In this document: positions 45,750 to 58,554 of the stretch, in pieces
Position numbering within the stretch: position 1 is the stretch's first letter
How the letters are laid out: every line of letters begins with the position of its first letter
From: Felis catus
Lineage: Eukaryota
DNA length: 64,000 nt
Direction: 5' to 3'
Assembly: GCF_018350175.1 (NCBI RefSeq)
Contig: NC_058368.1
Span: 76,944,001-77,008,000 of the forward strand
Position numbers and translations under genes: made by a program
Notes under the pieces: model-generated
Told to the model about the DNA's origin: nothing
Databases searched by the model: none
Seen by the model: the letters and a program-made list of their open reading frames with translations, nothing else

Positions 45750-46749
45750 ACAACCTCAAACTAGTGTATACAGTCTTCAGTGTAATTCCTTTGAGTTTTC
45801 CCCTCACGCACTGACGTGCTTTAATCAAGATGCCAAAATTCCTCTCTTCTTGCCTCAGCTGGGGAATTCTGAAAAAACTAGAAAGAAAAAAACCAAAACA
45901 CTAAATTTTCAGTTAGGAGTTTGAAAATACGGTTCTTCCATTTGTTAGCTCTGTGACTCGCACGATCGTGTCTCTGTTTCCTCACATGCGAAATGAAGTT
46001 TCTGGTACCTCGTGGGCTTCTCCTAGAGTGCAGGAAGACCCCGCATTTACATCGACTTGGATGCTGCCGGACATCGTGCTCACTTAATCCGTATACACTC
46101 CCTCCCCCTCGTCCTGCGTGTCTTCGTTTGGTTACTGAGTTTTCCATTGTTGGCAAAGGAGCCACCTTCCAAGCTGTTTTGAATTCTACGACGATCATTG
46201 TTATTTGGTCTCGGGTTTTGTACTTTTTAGAACAGTCAGCCCTTTTCTTTTGACTTTCTGCCCTCTAAAATTTCTCTCTTGGCATCCGTGCAGTTTCACC
46301 AACACCACAACGTGTTTCTGGAATAAAGCTTGTGTGTAAACACCAGGCAGTTTAGATCACAGAGTCTGTTTCACTGCGGAAGCAGGAGGGGCCGTGGACG
46401 GCCAGCGACTTTCAGTGGGCTTTTCAGATGTTCGAGTCAAACGTTTCTCCTTCTGGTTTCAAAGGATATTACAAAGTAAAAGCCTGGGATCGGCCCAATT
46501 TTACCCTTTTGGAAAATGCTCCACTTACCTTTGTCCCTCTTGGGGTGGGAGCAGCTGGGGAGGAGAGCAAATCCAGGGCCACTGGGTGGGTGAGGGGAGA
46601 CCTCAGAAGGCGAGGCGGCTTCCAGATTTGACTGCCTGAAGGGAGGGAAGCCTGTGTATCCTTAGAGACTCTCTGTAAACTCTGTCCTTGAAGTAATCCA
46701 GACACCCAGAGAGCTGTGTTGGCTCCACAACGGCTTCGGACGAGGTCTT

Positions 46750-47163
46750 CATTTCCTTGGGCTTCTGTAACCAACTCAGGAATCGGGTGGCTTAGGACAG
46801 CAGACGTGTGTTTTCTCTGTGTCCGCACAGCCCTGTCGCAGCTTCTGGTGGTGGCCGGCAGCCCTCGGTGCCCTTTGCTGGCGGGGACATCATCCCCACC
46901 TCTGCCTTCGTCACGTGGCAGGTGCTCTGTGTGTGTCTTCAGATGACACTCTCCCCTCTGTGTTGTCTCTGTGTCTCTTCGTATTAGGACACCAGTCGTA
47001 CGGGATTAACCACCCATCCTATTCGAGTATGACTTCAACTTCAGGTCCCTCTTAATTGCATCTGCAAAGACCCTATTTCCAAACAAGGTCACATTCACAG
47101 GTACCACGGGGCTGGGACTCCAACAAGTCTGTGTTAGAGGATTCAATTCACCCCCCAACAGCC
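46750..47163 (-). mobile_element. MLT1C-type solo LTR
   Basis: gggtggctta...taaggacaccagtc-like...atctgcaaagaccctatttccaaacaaggtcacattcacaggtacc. Confidence 0.85.
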
Positions 47164-49461
47164 ACGCGTAGAGTTGAGTTTACCAGCCCTGGGTGTGAGC
47201 AGCACAGAAGGTCACCTGCATGACCACTTCCCATGGGAGGGGCGGCTGGTGGAGGTGGGGGGCCTGGATCTAAGGAACACACCTGCCGCTCAGTAGCCAT
47301 GTGGTTTGGCCTCACAGGTTCCGTACCTGTGAAGGGGAGTGATGGTGTATCTCCCATCTAGATGAGGTATTTGTTGCGCGGTCAGATCACGTTTCTTTGT
47401 TTCTTTGTTCGAGTCTCCGTAAGTTGGCTCCAAAGCACTTTATCACGCCATCTTGAATTTCACCCTTCTGTTTATGATGTGGGTGCCTGTCCCGAAATAC
47501 ACCACGTGACAGACGTCTGCACCTCCCGGCTCTTGCAGCCCCCTTGGTGTTAATGCTCTCAGCCCCACACCTTCCTCCTGTGACGTTTCCTCTCATCTCC
47601 CCCCTACTTGCCCCTAATTGCTTCCCCAGCAAAAGCTCTGCACTGGACCTAAAATAGGCGTATTTTCATCCAGCCCAGCAGTCACAGCCACAGACCTGGT
47701 GTCTCTGCAGTGCTGTCAGGACTGGGGCTGGGAGAGTCCTCTGCCTCCTGTCGCCCCTGCTTGGTGGCTTGGTAAAGCTGTGCTGCACTGACATTTGCTC
47801 AAACAAAACTGTGCATACGTAAATGCACCCTAAGCAGCAGAACAGAAGAGAAAATGATGATTCTTATCACCAGACTGGATAGCTGGAGGGGACACGGAAA
47901 AGGCCACCTGATGAAAATGATCTCTCACTAGTCTGCGCCAGCACCCTGAGATTCTGCTGTGGGTGCACCTCTTATGACCTTCTGGAGACTTGACTTTTAC
48001 CTGGACTGTCCACGAGTTCCCTGGGAAGGAGAGCGCTTTGTCATTCATCGTCCCCCAGCGGAGGGCGGTTTCTGAGAGAAGGGGAGTGAAGAAAGTCGAG
48101 TTGGACAGACTCAGAAAGTATCAGAAGTCATTTGGGATCAGAAAGTAGCCCAGATGAAGGGGGACTCGGGCCTGTGTGGCACTGGGAATGAGCAGCCATC
48201 TGTTCTGGTCGGGAGTGCGAGCCCAGTGGGTGGTTGGCATCGCCCGTGTGTGTGCTCTGTCGAGACATGAGGGCACTTTCCACGAAGAGGAAAGGATTGA
48301 CCTCCAGGCACACCATCCTCCTCTGTCATGTCCAGCCCCTTCTTGGGGAGCCCCCACGGAGCTGCCCTGTTACTATGACGAATTTGGCCCTGATGGTGCA
48401 GTTACCCATCAGGGGCTTTGACGTATGCTGAGTGCTCAGCGTCCGATCAAAGGAAAACCTTTAGGGGCTGGAACCACCTGGGGCTGGGCACTGCATCCGT
48501 CCTCCTCCAGCCTCACACTGACTTTCCTCTCCAGCAGGTGCACCAGGCGGGCACGAACTGAGGACCCAACGGTGGGATTCCTTTCATCCCAACCGGAGGG
48601 CAAAATACCTGTTTTTCTCCTCTCAGCCTAATGCAAGGATTTATGTGACCTCCTCACTGGAGCCCAGGACACAACGTGTCTTTACATAGAAATAAACTTC
48701 ACTTCCATGAATTCTCAGTGGCCTAGGGATATCACGAAGGGGTATCTCTTCTTTCTGAATCCTGATGCCTCGTCTGCTTACTCAACAGCCAGCCAAATTC
48801 ACAACACCGGCCCGCCCCCCTCTTCCCTGGCCACCAGCTTCCTCAATAAAAGATCTGTTACTGTAAGGTTTTTAGTGTGTGTGGCTCGTGTAGGTTGTGT
48901 GAAAATTAGAATTTCATGCAAAAGCATTCAGAATCATTTTCTGTTTAAATTGTCGCGTGCTTTTGCCTAGCTGAAAATAGTCTACTTCTTCAAAAAATTA
49001 ATGTGCAAACTAAAAATGAATATGCTCCCTGATCCTAATGCTTTGCTTACTCAGAAATCAACAGTAGAAAAATGCAATTGCCATCGATGTAGGTGCAAAT
49101 TTTCCCCTCCATCTTTTTGATTTCTTTAACACATGGTGCACGGCCTTTGCTACATTACGGCAGAGTTAATGAAGTTTTAGGCTTTTAGCCTAAATCACAT
49201 TGCCTGCTTGTTGGGTGTTACTAGAATTGTTTTTTGTTTTTGTTTTTGTTTTCGTTTTGTGGTGGTGGTGGTTGCTTTATGCCTCTATAGCAATTTAAAC
49301 TGCATTCAAAACAACGACCAAATTTAATATCACCATAAATAACAACCAGATATTAAAATTCCATGTTGACTTATAGAAACCAAAAGCTATATGTGAATTT
49401 TATTTTCTGTAGTATCTTAATCTCTCCCTGACATGATTATTGTGGGTATTTAATAAGGCAA

Positions 49462-49466
<5 letters not shown>

Positions 49467-49507
<41 letters not shown>
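49467..49507. repeat. (TG)n microsatellite
   Basis: Perfect dinucleotide run. Confidence 0.98.
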
Positions 49508-49509
<2 letters not shown>

Positions 49510-49954
49510 CTGTCAACAGTAGAGGAAATAAGTCAACAGAGTTAATTGCTTCATTGAGAGTATGGTCAGAGACTACAAGTCCAGGCCTATTAAGATCAAC
49601 GTGAGGGCTCAGGGCAACAGTGTGGGGATGGCAGACGATGGCTTTTCAGCCTGTGATCCTGCTGCATTTTGTGATGTGGCTTTGGCACCAGCATCACATA
49701 TAATTCTTGTTTCTCTCTGCCGTGTCCCTCCATCGACTAACGCACGATTGCAGATCCGGTGGACTCTGTCTCTTGGCACCTGCTTTGTCTTTCTGCATGC
49801 CCCAGCCAGGAACACTGAAGATCATGTTTCCTTAACCCCCTTGCTGCGAGACTTCCACGAGTCCTTTAAGTGCCACCAAGCAGCTGCCCTTCCGTGAGAC
49901 CCGGAGGTTGACGTGCCCCAGGGAGGTCAAATCTCTGGATGCCGGGGTGGTGGG

Positions 49955-50320
49955 GGGGTGATTATCCTGCATTATCCGGATTGGCCCCTTCTCATCACAT
50001 GAGTCCTTGAAATTGGAGAGACTTCCCCGGTAGGATTAGAGAGACGAGACAGGAGAGGGAAAGATTTGAAACGTGAGTGGGACATAACCCGCCATGACTG
50101 CTTTGCAGGTGGAGGAAGAGACTGTGAGCCGGGAACGCAGGTGGCAAAGGCGAGAAGACAGCTTCCACCCGAGCCCCGGCAAGGAGCCAGCACACGTAGA
50201 TTTTAACCCAGTGAGACTTGTGTCGCACCTCTGAGCTCCAGAATGTCAGATAATACATTGGGTTGGTTAAGATACTCCGTGTGTGGTCGTGTGTTAGCAC
50301 TGTCATAGAAAACCAGCACA
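49955..50320 (+). mobile_element. MLT1D-type LTR
   Basis: attatcctgcattatcc...gccatgactgctttgcaggtggaggaag...gattttaacccagtgagac...ctccagaatgtcagataat. Confidence 0.85.
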
Positions 50321-50468
50321 GGGGCTCCTAGTTGAGCATCTGACCCTTGGCTTTGGCTCAGGTCACGATCTCACGGTTCGTGGGTTCACGCCCCACCTTG
50401 GGCTCTGTGCTGGCAGGGCGGAGCCTGCTTGGGATTCTCCGTTTCCCTCTCTCTGCCTCTCTCCCCCA

Positions 50469-50516
<48 letters not shown>

Positions 50517-50554
50517 ATAAATAAATAAACTAAAAAAAAAAAAAAAAAAAGAAG
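50321..50554 (+). mobile_element. Can-SINE
   Basis: TSD gaaaaccagcaca at 50308-50320 and 50555-50567. Confidence 0.95.
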
Positions 50555-50678
50555 GAAAACCAGCACACCTGTGTTGGAGCTCTAACACTTAGTATCTGGA
50601 GACCCTGCTGCCAAGTGTCTAGCTGTGGAGACAGAGGGTTTCCGTGGGGCGGTCCGTGTGGCTTGGAATATTCTAGCA

Positions 50679-51592
50679 GACAGGCTACCTAATTTGCCGG
50701 GCCCTTGTTCAAACTATCGGGAAACAGTGCTAAGGTATTACCATGTAAAACCTTTCCTTTTTTTATGCCTTCTGTCTCCCAACTTGCCGTGATGTTTTCT
50801 TATTTGCTATTTTATATCCGTGTCAGTAGAAACGAAAGGTTAAGCTTCACTGGCCTGAATTTTACCATTATCGTCATCTTGTACCATGCCAGTTTTAAGG
50901 GGAAGTACAACAGCGTTTAACAAGTACGCAGAATCACCGAAGCCCATCCTAGCGTGTGTTTCCTCGCTCGTACATGCATGTGTATCTTGAACTTCCCAGA
51001 ACAGTGGGAAGTTCTGGCACAACCCGACTCAACTCTTTCTATTTTGCTTCTTGATAAGCGCGCTTTGCACCTGCACACTCGAGCTCCAGCGACTCGTGAG
51101 TGACGGAGAACCGTGCGGAAAGAGTTGCCCCGTCTTTCCCTTTCCTTCCGGGTGGTCAGTCGGCAGTGGAGTGGTTGGCCTTCACGGCAAAGGGGAAGGG
51201 AGGATACGACAGGTCTCCTCCTTACTTGCTTGGCCCTTCACTGTCTGTGGGAAGCAAGTTCTACTTCAGAGGGGAAGTGCGGCCTGAGCTGGGCTCACGC
51301 ATCACAGATTTAACACTCACTTTGCCCTTGTTTGGAGCCTCCCTGAGCCACCAGGCACGGGGGGGTCCACCCGAATTCTGTGCCGGTAAGGCGCCAGGGA
51401 TGCTAAATGCAAACGAGGCCACTAAGAATGGAGCGAGGACATGTATCCCCCGCACGTGCACGTTCTATCTGGACCTTCCTTACAAAACGCAAGCTCAGAG
51501 ATCAGACCATCACAGTTGCAGGACAGTGAGAGCAAGGCATTCACCCAAATGCAGGGGCCCTGCTGAGCGCTGGCCCGGGTCCCATGGCCCTG
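50679..51592. mobile_element. MER45B-like hAT (Tip100) element, near full length
   Basis: caggctacctaatttgccgggcccttgttcaaa...cgtacatgcatgtgtat...gggtccacccgaattctgtg...ggggccctgctgagcgc...ggccctg, colinear with recalled MER45B. Confidence 0.75.
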
Positions 51593-51780
51593 GTACCAGC
51601 CCTTTTCCCACTAGATTGGTTTCCGTTGCATAGCATCCAGGCCTGGCTCTTTGCTCGCTCAGAGGTTTTGAGAGTTACCTGACGTTTTTAAATAAATTTG
51701 TTTCTGTTTAAAAATAGCTAGAGGGGATTCTGTCGTTGGCCCTAAGAACCAAGACCGATTCGATCAAGCCTTGGTTAACT

Positions 51781-52396
51781 TGTCTTGGGCTAACTGGTGT
51801 CCCCACAAAGAGGTACTGACCTCAGTACCTCAGAATGTGAACTTACTTGGAAATAGGCCATTAGGTTCGACCCTAATCCGATATGACCGGTGTCCTTATA
51901 AAAAGGGACACTGGGGGCGCCTGGGTGGCGCAGTCAGTCGGTTAAGCGTCCGACTTCAGCCAGGTCACGATCTCGCGGTCCGGGAGTTCGAGCCCCGCGT
52001 CAGGCTCTGGGCTGATGGCTCAGAGCCTGGAGCCTGTTTCTGATTCTGTGTCTCCCTCTCTCTCTGCCCCTCCCCCGTTCATGCTCTGTCTCTCTCTGTC
52101 CCAAAAATAAATAAACGTTGAAAAAAAAATTAAAAAAAAAAAAAAAGGGACACTGGGACACAGAGAGAGGACACCATGGAGGTGAAGGCAGACACTAGGC
52201 TGATGCACTACAAGGGAAGCATTGGAAACAAGCTGCCGGAAGCTGGGGAGAGGCTGGAGCAGATGCTCCCTCAGCCTCAGCCGGCTGCTGACCCTTTGGG
52301 GTTCTGCCTCTAGAATTGTGAGACCAGAAAGGTCTCTTGTTTAAGCCCCCTCAATTGTGGTTCCTTGTTATGGCTACCCTAGGAAGGGAGTATACA
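51781..52396 (+). mobile_element. MLT1C-type solo LTR with nested young SINE
   Basis: cagtacctcagaatgtga...ccctaatcc...gtgtccttataaaaaggg...agaattgtgagac...ccctagga...tataca. Confidence 0.88.
51914..52141 (+). mobile_element. Young feline Can-SINE
   Basis: TSD aaaaagggacactg at 51900-51913 and 52142-52155; 4-bp cagt duplication in head. Confidence 0.98.
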
Positions 52397-52569
52397 CTCG
52401 ATAGAGACCCTGTTATGTTCGGGGAATAGATTGGGGCAAAATTTGTGACCGAGTTCAGATGCCCGCTGCCTGGAAGTACCACACATCTGCATAGGACGAG
52501 GTGGACACTAGTAAACATTGGGCCTTGTGAGTTAGTGAATGAATGGGGTTGAAAGTCCTGGAAGTCTTA

Positions 52570-52785
52570 GGGGCACCTGGGTGGCTCAGTCAGCTAAGCG
52601 TCCGACTTCGGCTCAGGTCATGATCTCACGGTCCGTGAGTTTGAGCCCCGCATCGGGCTCTGTGCTGATGGCTCGGAGCCTGCTTCGGATTCTGTGTCTC
52701 CCTCTCTCTGTCCCTCTCCCGCTCGTGCTGGGTCTCTCTCTTTCTCATAAGTAAACATTAAAAAGTGTTTTAAAAATAAAAATTG
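52570..52785 (+). mobile_element. Can-SINE
   Basis: ggggcacctgggtggctcagtc head through A-rich tail. Confidence 0.95.
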
Positions 52786-55238
52786 AAAATTTTATCAGTT
52801 TTATATTTAGGATTTTATTCCTTGGCCTTTAGTTCAACTCATGCCAAATGTTGCATATCTCATTTAATTGAGATGATTCTATTTTTTATTTTTATATTCA
52901 TATTTGTATTATTCATTATTTAAAAATATATTTTAATTATTTTATTATTCATATTTTACCATGAACAATTTGCCAACAATTTAACTTTTCATTGACCTTT
53001 GCTACTAATCATTTTCATTTTGAGTTGGATGATAAACCCATTTTTTTATTTCTTCAAAAATTATCTTTTATTTAAGAAAAGAAAACAAAAAGAAACATGT
53101 AAAAACAACATGGAGATCACTCTTGTTGATATTTCAAAAATGCATGTGCTTAGTTGGAAAGTTCAAATACTAGAGAAGGACGCAAGGTAAAAGGAAAATC
53201 TCCACTTTCCAGCCTCCTCTGTCCATGTCTTCAGAGACGACCACTTCAAGTTTCTTCTATACCATCCAAAATGTTTTCAGAAAAATCATATTTTTCTTAA
53301 CTTGTGTTTTTAGAAAATTTTGAACAATTATGTGAGCAAAATGACAAAGAAAACTGAAGAGACGCATGTAGAAACATACATAGAGAGACTCAAGACTCCC
53401 TACATATACATTTATAATGTCTTACAGTGGGGGTTTCACATTGAAACTGGCAGGTCTGTGCATTCTCCAGCATAACCGTGAAATACCGTATTGTGTGAAA
53501 CCTTAGAGGTCATTCAGATTTTAAAATGTGGGGGAAAATACTCTTAACATCTAAGATCCTTTGTTCCTGAAATTATGCTTCTAGGAACCTGGGGAAATGT
53601 TTGGAAGCGCAGAGATTTACAAATAGCGACACGTATGGCAGTGTTAATATAAGTGGGAAATGACCCAGATGTCCATCTTGGGTAATTAACATAAAGCATA
53701 TCCATATGAGGAAACATTATGTAGCCATTACAATGTCACTTATCAATTGATAATGGTCCCCAAACAAAAGTGGAGTATAAAATCGTGTATAAAGACTGGT
53801 TCCTCAAGCATGAAGAAGACACAGACAAATAAGACTAGCATAAATTATGTCCATATATTAAAAGTAGTTATCTCTGAGGGGCTGGATGATGTATTTTCTA
53901 ATTATTCTACTGTACATAATGGGTTAACATTTAATTAAAATCAATGCATAACTTTAAAAAGATTACTGTTACGTTTCTCTGCAAAGCCAAGCGGACTACT
54001 GGTAATCATGGGGAAAGATATCTGAAGATCGGGGCTGAAGCTTGCTGGGCTTGAAGAGGTATAGGGAGTCGCCAGGTTTAAAACAGTCAAATGACACCAT
54101 AAAAATTCAGGTCAGGTGCTAATCTATCAAGCTGTTTTCCTGACATACGGAATCTCTAATTCAAAATCTAAACACTAATAAAAATGGGTATGAATTCCCT
54201 CCATGACCCACATCTCTTCAGAACTCAATCACGATCAGCGGCCCCTCGGGAGGAAAATGAAATAAAAAAGCACATTTCCTTGCGTTTTAAGAGATTCTCT
54301 AGATGCGGAAGGGCACCCCTTCGTTGTGTGTGCAGCGACCACGAGCGAGCGGAAGTCAGGTGCACCGACCACGAGCGAGCACGAGGTCAAGATGATCAGT
54401 ACCCCAGACATCCAGTGAGAAGACAGCTTTCTGTTGAGACAGGAGTGAGGAGGCCTACCCAGTAAGCCTCCTTTTAAAGCGGAGTCCGGAGCAAGCACAG
54501 ATCCCAAGTTTACCACCGGTTCGCTAACAGTCCTCACATCAGGGACTCGGCCTTCCTCTTACACTTTCTACGCAAAGAAGCGATGAGAAAGTCACCATCT
54601 TGAGTTTGCTTCATTTTCCTCAGCAGAGGTATATGAACACTAGGTTATTGTAGTCCGTGCAGTCCGTGCAGTCCCTCCAATCAGCAGAAAGGGAAAAGGA
54701 AAACCTGAGTAGCTGAAGAAATTCTACCAAACAGACTTGTTTTTCTTATTTAAGTTCTGATTTCTGGGAAGGATTCATGTTTATGTTAAGGTCTATTTTC
54801 AGAAATGGGCCCGCTTGTAAATGGGCTGCTTGTGCTGCAAATGATATATAGGACTGTCCCCGGTGCTGGGAGAAGCTGGTCCAGGGTTGGAAAGAAGAGA
54901 TGTAATTTAAAAAACAAACAAAGCCAACTTTTATTATTTTGAAATAGTAAGATTCAAATTTTTCAATGCCTTTTCTTCCTCAAAGGCTAAATAGTAGCTT
55001 AATTATTTATAAGAGTTGTGATACACTGATATTTTAAAATTCTCTTTCTTTGACTGCTATTAGAATCAATTAATTCTTTTTTTTTTTAACCTTTAAATTC
55101 ATGGGCATGTTCACGACTGGAGGAGTTTGGGACCCTAACCGTGCAGAGTAATGTTTGAATGAACTGAGCCTGTGTGTGTTTGGGTCTTTATGCAACGGAT
55201 TAAAAGGCAGGATGATTTATTTCTGGTTACAGTTTTTT

Positions 55239-55454
55239 CTTTTAATTTTTTTTTAATGTTTATTTATTTTCGAGAGAGAGAGAGAGAGACAGAGCATGAG
55301 TGGGGGGAGGGGCAGACAGAGAGGGAGACACAGAATCAGAAGCAGGCTCCAGGCTCTGAGCCGTCAGCCCAGAGCCCGACACGGGGCTCAAACTCACGAA
55401 CCATGAGATCATGACCTGAGCTGAATGAAGTTGGACACTTCACCCAGGGTCCCC
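55239..55454 (-). mobile_element. Can-SINE (tandem pair, left copy, small head deletion)
   Basis: Antisense body; ggacactt/cacccagg lacks aaccgactgagc. Confidence 0.94.
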
Positions 55455-55459
55455 ACAGG

Positions 55460-55687
55460 TTTTTTTTTTTTTTTAATGTTTATCTATTTTAGAGAGAGAG
55501 AGAGAAAGAGAGAGAGAGTGAGCGAGCAGGAGAGGGCCAGAGAGAGAGGGAGACACAGAATCCGAAGCAGACTCCAGATTCTGAACTGTTGGCACAGAGC
55601 CCAATGCGGGACTCGAACTCATGAACCGTGAGATCATGACCTGAGCCAAAGTCAGAGGTTTAACCGACTGAGCCACCCAGGTGACCC
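55460..55687 (-). mobile_element. Can-SINE (tandem pair, right copy)
   Basis: Antisense body ending cacccaggtgaccc. Confidence 0.94.
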
Positions 55688-56404
55688 TGTGGTTATAGTT
55701 TTTATTGACTCCTTAGGTCAATGTATTTATGTAATATGCACATATGTGACTATATGTAAATATATACATTTCTGTCCACTCCTTAGACATAGTCAAGTTG
55801 GGAATATTTACGTCAGAGTTCCATATGTGTCCTAATAACCACAAAATGCCCATTGTATTGTTATTCTTTTCTCCATGAATATATAACCATTCTACAGTCA
55901 TACTACTGGCAGAGTGGCGGGTGGGGGCAGCCTCGGGCCAGCGCTGGGACGCGTTGAGACTCAGGGAGGCATCATCTCCCAAGACGGCACGCGACTAGGA
56001 GGTGGCACTGTGTGTCCCTTTCGAAGACAGTGGGGGCCTCCAGCAGCACAGAGACGCCTCACAGCCCCTCCGACCAGGCGGCTGCTGGAGTGCAGGCCTG
56101 TCGCCCCCGGGGTCACCTGCGATCCCCGTCCCCTGCCCCCTGCCCCCTGCCCCCCGCGGAGCTGACCCAGCCTGGGCATGGCTGCTGGTTCTTCCTGTAA
56201 TGCTTTTCCTGCTCTCTTTCCACCCAGGCTCAGGCCTCCCTACCTCACTCCTCATCACAAAGAGCCCCTAACTGACTCTCCTTTTCCATCCACGCTCCAT
56301 CCCAACCCATAACACCATCTAATTAATTTTCCCGAAACACTTTGATCGTGTAACCACTCTGACCTCAAAACATTAATAACTCCTCCGGCCTGTTGGACAA
56401 AACA

Positions 56405-56407
<3 letters not shown>

Positions 56408-56441
<34 letters not shown>
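56408..56441. repeat. Poly(T) tract within L2-like sequence
   Basis: Homopolymer of more than 30 T. Confidence 0.95.
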
Positions 56442-56444
<3 letters not shown>

Positions 56445-58356
56445 CATTGCTTCCAGCTTACTTGCTGAGCCTCTGGACAAAGTATTTGCTAGAAATGCCC
56501 TGACATTTTTGCCTCTGAGTTCTGTTCCTACCCCTTCATGCAGAAAACCGCCCCCCCTCCCCCCAAAAAAGTCCTCTCTTTTCCTCTCTGTCATGTCAAT
56601 CAGACCACCTTTTCAAAGCCAAACTGAAATATACCTTCATCACCAAGCTGCCCCTTAAGGCTCGGGTGCTTAAGCAATCCCGTTGGAAAACACCTCCATG
56701 AGGTCATGCGCAGCAGCCAAAGCCCAAGGTCGTCTTGTCTTATCTCAGCATCAGCAGGAACCAGAGAGAGGGCTTGATGTAGGTCTCTATGGTGGGGAGA
56801 TGTTGAAGAAGGCAGGGCGGTGCTGTGAACAAAATGTGACAATGGAGTGTTTTGTAAGATGGGTGGCGTGGGGAACAGCAGGGAAGGGGATGAGGTCAGG
56901 ATTGAGGACAGGGAAGGAGAGGGAGAGCTGTGAGCAGCTATGGGATCCATTTGAGTGGATTGTCTTAGGTAGCACTGGAGCCCTTGCTACCTAGTCCCCA
57001 CGACAGTTGTCAGCGATGGGGAGTCATATAGTCCTTGAGCTTGTGGTGTGAAGTTTTCAAGGAAAGGGCTATTCTGGAGCCCCAAAGCATCCAAAATACC
57101 TTTCAAAACTGGAGGCTTTGAGCAGGAAACACTACCCTTCTTGTAATTGTGTCATAACCATTCTTCCCGAGGTGGCTCTTACATCCCCTTGGAGGGACCT
57201 ACCCACGCTGATCCACACCACCGTTCTCACAAAGCACTCGGTGGAGACTTTAATCAAATCCCCACAGTCCAACCTTATCATCAGTAGCTTTTTACAACAT
57301 GTAGATATCACATGTCATGTGTTGATCGCAGTCTGCCTCTGGGATTGCGAGTCCTGGAATGTGGGTTTATAATTTTGAACTTTCAGGACCACATGTAATA
57401 TCAAGGAGAGGGCTTTCTGACTAAACAATATATTGGAAGAAATTCATGGTAATGGCATTTGGCTGGAGTTGAAAGCTTAGCTTCTCATGCTCATGAAGAT
57501 CTGAAAGAACTTCGGTTTTTGTTTTCTCCAAAGGTCCTTCTCAGTTAACTGCACAATATCCAATTATGCATCTTAGAAGAATTTAGGGTTGAGAAAACCC
57601 AGCTACTATTGGAATCTTTGATTCTACAGAATATGCATTCCCCAAACCAGTGCTTATACAACTAAACTCTTCCCTCTGGGATCCAGTTGGTTATCATAAC
57701 TTTTCAGCTTGCCTCGCAAAGCCACAGACTCTTTACAATAAAATGCTACAGTTTAAAGTGTTTTCAAAACCTAGCGTTGTAGCTGATTTTGTTCGTTATT
57801 TGATCAGGAAAGGAAAAAAAATGTTTTTTTCCCCCTGATGTCTTAAATGAACTGAGGTTTTAATATTTACTTTTTTTAAGATTGTAGCACTTTAAGCACA
57901 TCGTTTTTATAGGTGTGGGAATCACAAGTTGTTAAAATATTTTGATCTTAAAGATGGAAAAGAACTATCATTATCATTTACTGCAAGTAAGCAGGGGGGC
58001 ATAAGGAGGGCTTTGTTTAGTCTGACCCTTCTTGGTGGTGAGAGGAATGGCAAATCACCCTCCCCACCACGTCTCCAGAACAAATTCGCTGTGGCCACAG
58101 GTGTTCTGCTCATGTAAAAAGGCGTAAGTCGTATGTCTGGTTTTGCAGAAACATTAGGGCAGTAGGAATTTATAAATATAGTTTCCTTTAATTCGATGAA
58201 GACGGCATACGGATAGAGCTCTCCCTAGGTCAAAAACAAGAATTGGGTTCCTTTTCCTCTTATTGGAAGAATTACATGCTCCATTTAGTGATTCATGGGT
58301 TAAGGGTTTATTGGTTGTGTCAGGCACTCAGAGACGTGAATTTCGATTCTCTAGAT

Positions 58357-58554
58357 CAGTGTTTCTCAACCTCGGCACTACTCATAGCTGGGCCCGATAG
58401 TTCTTCTCTCTGGAGCTGTCTGGTACATTGTAGGAATTTTTTGTAGCATCTCTGCCCTCTGCCCTCTGCCCACTAGAAGCCAGCAAGAAGAAGAAGCCAG
58501 CTCCTTCCTCCTGAGTTGTAATGATGAAAAATCTCCTCCAGTTGGCAATCACTG
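58357..58554. mobile_element. MER20 hAT-Charlie element
   Basis: cagtgtttctcaacctcggcact...atcactg ends; perfect 8-bp TSD ctctagat at 58349-58356 and 58555-58562. Confidence 0.92.

Noticed and set aside
45562..45828. Pro-rich and Gly/Arg-rich ORFs
   Set aside because: Translations of the polypurine tract
51100..51633. 177-aa ORF
   Set aside because: Lies within the non-autonomous MER45-like element; no transposase motifs
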